From assembly GCA_903847975.1 (NCBI GenBank), contig CAINFC010000005.1, positions 6,322 through 70,321 of the forward strand: 64,000 nt of DNA. The letters are read 5' to 3'. Positions within the stretch are counted from its first letter, which is position 1, and each line of letters opens with the position of its first letter. Shown here one piece after another: positions 60,001 through 64,000 of the stretch. The DNA is from an uncultured Acidobacteriota bacterium. Lineage in GTDB: Bacteria > Acidobacteriota > UBA6911 > CAINFC01. Under the pieces are notes generated by a model. The model was not told the origin of the DNA. It did no database searches and was given only the letters and a program-made list of their open reading frames with translations. The translations under genes and the position numbers were made by a program.

Positions 60001-62987
60001 GCTCAACGCTTCCTCCCGGTCTGTCGCTGCTCACCGGATCCGATATGCCCAGCGGATTTCCCGGTACCTACAGCATGATTTCCGGTGTTCCGACCACGCC
60101 CGGTAATTACGCGTTTACCACCCGTCTCACGGATGCCACCGGGAGCTTTGTCGCCACTACCGCCAACCTGCGGGTGACGCCTCTGCATGTGCCCCGCCCG
60201 CCGCTTCCGGCTTTTCCGGCCCTGGCCACGGGCAAAGTAGGAACTCCTTTCTCTTATACTTACTCTGCGGTGAACGGCACGCCCCCTTACACATTCACTC
60301 TGGCCGCCGAAAATTATCTTCCCGACGGGCTCAGCCTGTCTTCCGGCGGAACTCTTTCCGGCACACCTACGACGGTCGGGTCCTTCTCTTTCCAATATGT
60401 GATCAAGGATGCCAGCAATTTAACCCTGATCGAGCCGGCTTCCGTTTATATATATCCTGCCGGATCCACGCTGCCGATCTACACCAGCGCTTCGACCAGC
60501 TTCTTCGATGCCTCGGCAGGCAGCCTGTATGACAGGGAACTGAATACGCTGGTCTATTGGGGTATTCCGCCTTTCACCTGGAGTCTTGCGGCCGGATCGA
60601 CTTTGCCGACCGGGTTGTCGATTGCTGCCGGAAGCGGAGGTGCTTCGGATTCTCTGCGGGGCACCCCGACGGCGGCAGGAACTTCCACTTTCGGGCTGGA
60701 AGTCCGCGACAGCCTGGGGCAAACCAGCTCCACCCTGGTGAGCCTGGTGGTATCCCCGCTGTCCTTGAGCCCGGCAGCCCTCCCGGCGGCGGTTTCCGGA
60801 AGCTCCTACAGCCAGGCTCTCAGCGCTTCGGGAGGGACAGGGCCCTATACCTACAAGCTCAGCTACTCCTCCGACCTGCCGAACGGACTCAGCCTGAGTA
60901 GCGCCGGCATTCTTTCGGGAGTTCCCACCACTTTGGGCATGTTTTATATCCGTGTGGAAGTCCGCGATTCTGCAGGCGCCGTGCTGAACCGCGTCTATAA
61001 TCTGGCAGTCAACGCCGCCGGATCCTCCGGGCCGGATCTGGCCCTGACCAAGACGCACACCGGGACTTTTACCGCAGGCGCCAGCGGAACCTATCTGCTG
61101 ACGATCACCAATGTCGGCAACGGGCCCACCACCGGACCGATTACGGTAACGGACGTCCTGCCGTCCGGGCTGAGCTTCGTTTCCGGTTCCGGAACCGGCT
61201 GGAGCTGTTCCGCTGCGGGACAGACGGTAACTTGCGGTAATTCCGGGCCATTGGCTTCCGGGGTAAGCAGCGCCATCACCCTGGTGGCCGGCTTTTCCGG
61301 TGCCATCAGTGGCAGTGTTACCAATTCGGCCGCGGTCGCAACCGCCGGGGACAACAATGCGGCCAACAATTCCGGAAGCGATACGACTTCGATTTCCACC
61401 GCACCCGATCTTGGAATTACCAAGACGCATACCGGGAATTTCTCCGTGGGGACCAATGGAGTTTTCACCCTGACGGTTTCCAACGCCGGCACGGTGAATG
61501 CTGCCGGTACGATTACCGTCACTGACAGTCTTCCGGCCGGCCTTACGTATGTTTCCGCAAGCGGCACCGGCTGGACCTGCCAGGCCGGCGGGCAGGAAGT
61601 CATCTGTACCAATTCCAACCCGCTGTCGGCCGGTGCCAGTTCCACGTTGCTGCTCACGGTGAGCGTGGGCGCAGCGGCCATCGGCAACCTGACCAATACC
61701 GCCACGGTGGTCATCGCCGGGGACAGCAATCCGAATAATAATAAGGCCAGCGATACAGTTTGTGTGGCTCCCAGGATTAACGTTCAGCCGCAAAGCCAGG
61801 TAATCCTGAGCGGACAATCCGCCCGGCTGACCGTGGTGGCCTCCGGTGCGAATTCGTATCAGTGGTATCTGGGTGCGAGCGGGGATAGCAGCAACCCCAT
61901 CAGCGGTGCGGTTTCCAGTGCTTTCTTCACCCCGGCTCTCACCACGCTGACCCGTTACTGGGTAAAGGTCAGCAACTCCTGCGGCAGCGTCAGTAGCGAA
62001 ACAGCGGTTATCAGCATGTGCAGCAACGCGGTTGCCTCGCGGACGGTGCCGCTGTACGTGCCCCAGCAGCCGGTGCAGGTAACCATCGTCGTTTCGCCTC
62101 CGGCAGGGACCACCAGCTACGGGATCGAAGAAACTCCTCCGAGCGGTTGGCCCGTCAGTGGAATCGACAGCGGAGGCAATTACGATTCGGTCAATAAGAT
62201 GGTTAAGTGGGGGCCCTTTCTGGATGCCCAGACGCGGACCCTGCGTTACACGGTTCTGCCGCCTTCCGGGTCCTCGGGTGAATATGCCGTTTCCGGAACG
62301 GTATCGGTCAACGGTTCAGGCAGCATCATTTGCGGGGACCCCAAATTCAAACCGGGATCGGCTCATCCGGCAGACATCAATCTCGACTGGCGAATTTCCA
62401 TCTCGGAGATCACCGCCTATGGAGGAGCATGGAAGAGGGGCGACAGCTGGCCCCTGCCGCCGAATCCGATCGATATCAACTACGTTACCAATGCCGGCAC
62501 CTTATGGCGAGCCGGAGAAGTGTATCACTTCGACGGCAGCAAGAGCGCTCCTTTGAGCTGGGTTTCCGGACCCGTTCCTTCGGCTGCGGCTGCCTCCCGG
62601 CCGGCGGCAGAAGCGGCACGGCCGGTCCCTGGGGAGGGGGTAGCCCCCGAAGTGCGGGTCTCCTCCCAGCCCGGGGCAGGGAACGGGCTGCTGGTTTTAT
62701 TGGTCGAGCCGCCGCAGGAAGCTTTAGCCTGCGCCGTGGAAGAAACCATTCCCCCGGGGTGGGAAATTTCGAATGTCAGCGATGGGGGCTTCTATGATGA
62801 AATCCGCGGCAAGGTTCGCTGGGGCCCCTTCTTTGACTCCCGGCCCCAATCGCTTTCTTACACGGCTGTGCCGCGGCAGGGAAATCCTGATGCCTCCACG
62901 CAGGGGTTTTCCGGTACGGTATCCTGCAACGGAAGAAGCATCTCCTTCCAGCGGAGCTCCGCTCTCCGACTGCCGGAAAAAGAATAA
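51060..62987 (+). CDS. Giant (about 3975 aa) repetitive surface protein: about 25 He_PIG (putative Ig, PF05345-like) domains in three ~630-aa super-repeats, two DUF11 domains, one Ig-like domain and two copies of an uncharacterised ~80-aa C-terminal module
   Basis: Signal peptide MKQIRFLGIWIGICCALIAPGYG. Recurring LPPGLSLNS.TG.ISGTPT.AGTY.F.V blocks. DUF11-like LTKTHTG.F..G..G.Y.LT..N.G....G.ITVTD.LP.GL. Ig-like INVQPQSQVILSGQSARLTVVASGANSYQWY. Single uninterrupted ORF of 11.9 kb. Confidence 0.7.
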   Translation: MKQIRFLGIWIGICCALIAPGYGEGPSIDMAAEYTLSLGRWELPLQASGGSGTGYVWSVVTGSLPSGLAVRTDVPGWFPAGTTAGVIGVATTTSTTTATIQVKDSLNATTTKTISFTVVALNSASNWELPDASVGVTYSFTLGVVGATSSVTRSLVSGNSLPPGLSLNSTSGEIYGTPSTAGTYDFNIQFTQGAYSLQRTFRIFVSNLNISTGVILPTATVGAGYSQSITVSGGTAPYTFSSTCCLPQTLSLSSGGVISGTPGWQDFSSLNLSVADSAGATARKKFGLTVTGTPSQLPGINHPPLLSDAELGSYYSGSMGGFPGKPSSTWEVASGSALPAGFSVLDPSQDPSHTNPGQFNFGGTSLQVGTAGFTVQCTDGSTPPAVTRRSYSLRVSEMAVDSLPGAMFNVAYSRQIRVLGGTAPYAFTIFKGTYPSGMTMSSSGLLSGTPQETGWFDPWVQITDFNGKIWLRSLGVYVSAGATNIYIRAGSPLPDAFVNQSYSFPFTASGGSASYNWTIPSGSLPACLSLLSGGSLPSGSPAGSAVLTGTCTSPAQYSFLLRATDSSNSANFAQQLFRLQVTPIYYTGPGLLPYGNVSTALSRSLSVGGATGTVNYILHPDDLLPPGIALSGSGILSGTPSSSGRFWFRVVATDSLGSSATFWVSIDIYPAGGYPPLLINTSSSQVYQLGRVQQALSAEGGSGGYIWSIDPGGGSLPPGLKIRTDIPSGWASGTTAGIIGVATTIGTSLATIRVTDSVGNTTTQAFYFNVLAVNSTSNWQLPDGSLGVAYSYILGVTGNTGSVTRALPSGNSLPPGLSLNSATGEISGTPTTAGTYNFNVQFTQGSFSFQRGFQITVSKLHISTAAELPTGTVHAAYNQTVSVSGGTPPYTFSTGCCWPGGLSFSSSGVISGTPNGQTFNNFPIYVTDSSGATARKQFAMTITGSPAQLPGINYPSFFQDAELGSYYAAAAAGFPGKPPSTWSLASGSSLPAGFAVLTPSQYTWNTSPGQFNFAGTGTQVGNYSITMQWTDSSAPAASTSRTFALRVSPLAVDGLPNATLETSYSRQIRVLGGDAPYTFTLKQGAFPNGLTMSSSGLLSGTPLETGGFSPLVLVTDSSGNSWQRSMYLFVSNGTDGININNGSPLSNALVSQSYSNTLTAGGGSGAFTWTLISGSLPPGMNLLSGATLPAGAPAGSAVLSGTCPTAGQYSFTLRAADSANASAFAQRFFRLQVTPVSYSGPGSLTFGNLSSFLSRPLSVNGAMGAVTYAVHPDDMLPPGLSLAGSGVISGTPSSIGRFWFRIVATDSAGYSTILNLNIDIYPVGGYPPMQITTGAMQSYGLGRVEAALSATGGTGTGYVWTLDSGSLPAGLKIRTDVPNWFSSGTTAGIIGVATTVGSSTATIRVTDSVGNSTTLTMNFSVFALMPTRRWDLTDGSVGVPYDYPLGVTGNDGSVTFSVASGSLPPGLNLNGLTGRITGTPTTAGYYNFYLKYSQTSFNLTRSYQIYISPMAITTPSQLPAGTVWTSYSQSVGVTGGTSPYNYTFGCCLPGGISGDSAGLLSGTPGSEANSSFRVTIGDSSIYKVRRNFNLRVNHTPSGLPAISTDNLTGGEDLFIGEARWAAAYSYAGKPTGSWSLATGSTLPPGFEILDPASYQNTNESEMPVGQLVIAGSGTQAGSYPVTLRYTDASVPPVTTSRSYTLRVSALNSDDLPYGYYGVPYSQQIRVLGGVPPYTFAIVDRNFQKGLAMNSTGLVSGIPAETGNYNPLILVTDSAGNTLRRSIYLFIHSGPTDLNFNNAGINKSGNPLANGFVGSSFNVNLTASGGPASYTWSVESGALPPGLTLLSGINLPSGSPAGSAVLTGVPTLAGIYDFSLRVTDSSNSANFGVRLFRIQIGPFQLSISTLLPWTNAGSSFSQTLAVTGASGTVTWALKYNSLLPPGLSLAPDGTLAGSPTTTGRYSFTLVGTDTNGMFRTFTFTLDVYAAGTYPPLSITTAPDLGRILMGTQSIQIAAFGGQPPYTFSLAPGSAPLPPGFRLQSGPPLPAHFASTSQAGILGVALGPGVYSPTIRMTDSTGANFDRTFALRIVGVLSSMSNPAEAAMNVAYSYQLTPSGGVAPFTFALTGSSGLLPPGISLSASGLLSGTPTASGAYPFTVRITDSSGDYWDWSHTLSVTALRLTNSLSMPRLMPAGTQNAAYSQTLTVAGGTPPYTWSVVSGSSMPSGLSLSPAGAITGTLSTGNRTSTTVKLTDSAGNSLQLALGFPIVSASLSMPSFSTGNDLGDFSVNNNLESGISATGGIPPYTYAVESGSTLPGGLFLRTASLLGNNYTPLSAFLQGRTTTPGNFTFTLRATDSAGNSTTRAFSMRVARLSTLNTSMPLSGKPAMAIGTPFTETLLGVGGTSPYTWSPYQFLPEGLSLTAGGVLSGTPMNTGYYSFGVNLSDSAGNTAVRYFNVTVASGAAGTLRIEAGPDLGTASFGYSSFSFTSSGSALATPNFSYSVESGSTLPPGLALLSGSSLPDVSSNPTTTAILAGYLSTPGTYKFTLRVTDSSGYLGLRTLTLKVVPLVFITNSLPPATTQSAYYAPIKLAGGTAPYTISLAPGSLPLPPGLSLNSSNQMVGTPTVPGVYSFTLMAGDAAGNSMPRSFTVNVSSLLITNNSILPLAVYGQSYVFNLAATRSGSSPVLWSASNLCCGLSLDPNTGVLSGTINSTVSNRAVTVTARYGPSGSADYFSKVFLLNIRYPYQSQLVNITTSRSMSDISVNSFINYTLSASGGLPPYTWSLVSGSLPPGLALGPAEEVNGTPTPKTTFLMGVATTPGLYTFTLRATDTAGTFSQRTFTVAVTPVSLAGSSLRRAIFGQSYGQQVVAVGGTPPYTYTLLPYSAVYPIPPGLTMSGTGLLTGTPSNSGLFSMRIQVGDSAGASTQRAALLYIDTAGHAFLDWAGSGGYGPLSDASLGVNAAYYLYPNAGTSPITAVVEAGSTLPPGLSLLTGSDMPSGFPGTYSMISGVPTTPGNYAFTTRLTDATGSFVATTANLRVTPLHVPRPPLPAFPALATGKVGTPFSYTYSAVNGTPPYTFTLAAENYLPDGLSLSSGGTLSGTPTTVGSFSFQYVIKDASNLTLIEPASVYIYPAGSTLPIYTSASTSFFDASAGSLYDRELNTLVYWGIPPFTWSLAAGSTLPTGLSIAAGSGGASDSLRGTPTAAGTSTFGLEVRDSLGQTSSTLVSLVVSPLSLSPAALPAAVSGSSYSQALSASGGTGPYTYKLSYSSDLPNGLSLSSAGILSGVPTTLGMFYIRVEVRDSAGAVLNRVYNLAVNAAGSSGPDLALTKTHTGTFTAGASGTYLLTITNVGNGPTTGPITVTDVLPSGLSFVSGSGTGWSCSAAGQTVTCGNSGPLASGVSSAITLVAGFSGAISGSVTNSAAVATAGDNNAANNSGSDTTSISTAPDLGITKTHTGNFSVGTNGVFTLTVSNAGTVNAAGTITVTDSLPAGLTYVSASGTGWTCQAGGQEVICTNSNPLSAGASSTLLLTVSVGAAAIGNLTNTATVVIAGDSNPNNNKASDTVCVAPRINVQPQSQVILSGQSARLTVVASGANSYQWYLGASGDSSNPISGAVSSAFFTPALTTLTRYWVKVSNSCGSVSSETAVISMCSNAVASRTVPLYVPQQPVQVTIVVSPPAGTTSYGIEETPPSGWPVSGIDSGGNYDSVNKMVKWGPFLDAQTRTLRYTVLPPSGSSGEYAVSGTVSVNGSGSIICGDPKFKPGSAHPADINLDWRISISEITAYGGAWKRGDSWPLPPNPIDINYVTNAGTLWRAGEVYHFDGSKSAPLSWVSGPVPSAAAASRPAAEAARPVPGEGVAPEVRVSSQPGAGNGLLVLLVEPPQEALACAVEETIPPGWEISNVSDGGFYDEIRGKVRWGPFFDSRPQSLSYTAVPRQGNPDASTQGFSGTVSCNGRSISFQRSSALRLPEKE

Positions 62988-63135
62988 TAAAAGAGCGCCT
63001 CCATCGCCACTCTCCGTGAGCCAGTGACGGCCGGCGGGCATCCGCGTCGGGGAAAGATTGCGGTTGTATCCCGGACGGATTGGGTTTATATTGCTTCCGT
63101 CGCGCTATTTTGGCTTTACAAGGAGAGGAAGGGCC

Positions 63136-64000
63136 ATGAAGAATAACCCCAACTACGGTTTTGTCATCTTCCTGGCGCTAACCGCCGCCCTGGCGGGGCT
63201 GATGTTCGGCTTCGATATTGCCATCATTACCGGGGCCGGCCCTTTTCTGAAGGAGCAGTTCCAATTGCAGGACCTGAGCCTCGGCGTGGCTTTCAGCGCC
63301 CTGCTGTTCGGATGCGCCCTGGGTTCTCTGGCGGCGGGATTTCTTGCCGATCGCTACGGGCGCCGTACACCGCTGATCTGGGTAGCGGCATGGTTCGGGC
63401 TCACTTCCCTGGCGACGGGCCTGGCGCCCGGATTTTCCTTTTTTCTGGCCGGGCGCTTCCTGGGCGGCCTGACGGTGGGGGCCGCCTCCATTCTGGCACC
63501 CATGTACGTGGCGGAAATTTCCCCTCCGGCTTTGCGCGGCCGCCTTTGCACCGCTTACCAGATGGCCATCGTGATCGGTATTCTGATTTCTTTTCTGCTG
63601 AACTACCTGCTGCGGGACGCGGCGCCCTGGCTCTGGTTCAACCTCGCGGTGGCGGACCTCGGAGCCTGGAACTGGCGCTGGATGTTCCTTTCCGGTCTGT
63701 TCCCCTCGCTGCTTTTCTTCTTTCTGGCGATGCGCGCTCCGGAGACGCCCCGCTACCTGGTGCGATGCGGCCGGGAGAGGGAAGCCCTGCAGCTTCTCAA
63801 GAGGATCGGCGATCCGGAGGAAGCCGAGCGCCAGTGGCAGGAAATCCGGCAGAGCCTGGCCCGAGCCGGAGGCCCCTGGGGGGAGCTGCGCCACCCCAGG
63901 CTGCGCCGGGCACTGGTGGCGGGATTTATCCTGGCCGTGCTGGTCCATTTTTCTGGAATCAACACCATCATCGATTATGCCCCGATGATTTTCCAATCGG
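63136..64000 (+). CDS. MFS transporter, sugar-porter family (XylE/GalP-like), 3' partial
   Basis: AGGAGAGGAAGG RBS then ATG 63136. MKNNPNYGFVIFLALTAALAGLMFGFDIAIITGA...LADRYGRR..GRFLGGLTVG..PMYVAEISPPALRGRL are sugar-porter signature regions. Frame is open to the window end. The ORF track lists none because it lacks a stop. Confidence 0.75.
   Translation, partial: MKNNPNYGFVIFLALTAALAGLMFGFDIAIITGAGPFLKEQFQLQDLSLGVAFSALLFGCALGSLAAGFLADRYGRRTPLIWVAAWFGLTSLATGLAPGFSFFLAGRFLGGLTVGAASILAPMYVAEISPPALRGRLCTAYQMAIVIGILISFLLNYLLRDAAPWLWFNLAVADLGAWNWRWMFLSGLFPSLLFFFLAMRAPETPRYLVRCGREREALQLLKRIGDPEEAERQWQEIRQSLARAGGPWGELRHPRLRRALVAGFILAVLVHFSGINTIIDYAPMIFQS

Overview
This is a 64-kb window of a high-GC genome, most consistent with an Acidobacteria-like soil bacterium. 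The main clues are a TonB-dependent receptor with an N-terminal carboxypeptidase-regulatory-like domain and no SusD partner, many Sec/Tat-secreted beta-propeller and PD40 proteins, and Tat-exported CAZymes. Coding is dense on both strands. Bases 1 to 28100 form a glycan-utilisation region: a GH2 fragment, an S9 peptidase, a TonB-dependent receptor, an FG-GAP-like propeller, a formamidase, two tandem GH20-like paralogs, an esterase, a GH42-like lipoprotein and a further secreted hydrolase-like protein. Small housekeeping genes are interspersed: queF, a GAF protein, an SDR oxidoreductase and an ABC-F ATPase. Bases 28200 to 35400 carry a minus-strand block: a DUF4143-type AAA ATPase, two paralogous beta-propellers and a LamG lectin-like protein. 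This block is flanked by copies of a short intergenic repeat and is followed by a PD40 protein and a decayed beta-helix gene remnant with an in-frame TGA. Bases 35400 to 46600 hold a signalling and cytoskeletal-like module. It starts with a hairpin-rich low-GC leader and a URO-D-family methyltransferase-like gene. Two overlapping PAS hybrid histidine kinases and a Tat-exported enolase-superfamily enzyme follow. The most unusual element is a receiver domain fused to an MreB/MamK-like actin ATPase, immediately followed by a MinD/ParA-family ATPase. Bases 46600 to 63000 contain a Tat-exported GH28 gene with a C10 tract, an IPT/TIG surface protein and a 3984-aa He_PIG/DUF11 giant surface protein built from three roughly 1.9-kb super-repeats. 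The last two share an unnamed conserved module of about 80 aa. The window ends with a partial MFS sugar-porter gene. No rRNA, tRNA, CRISPR array or transposase was recognised. Coordinates taken from the ORF track are authoritative; coordinates I derived by reading the sequence are good to about plus or minus 2 nt.
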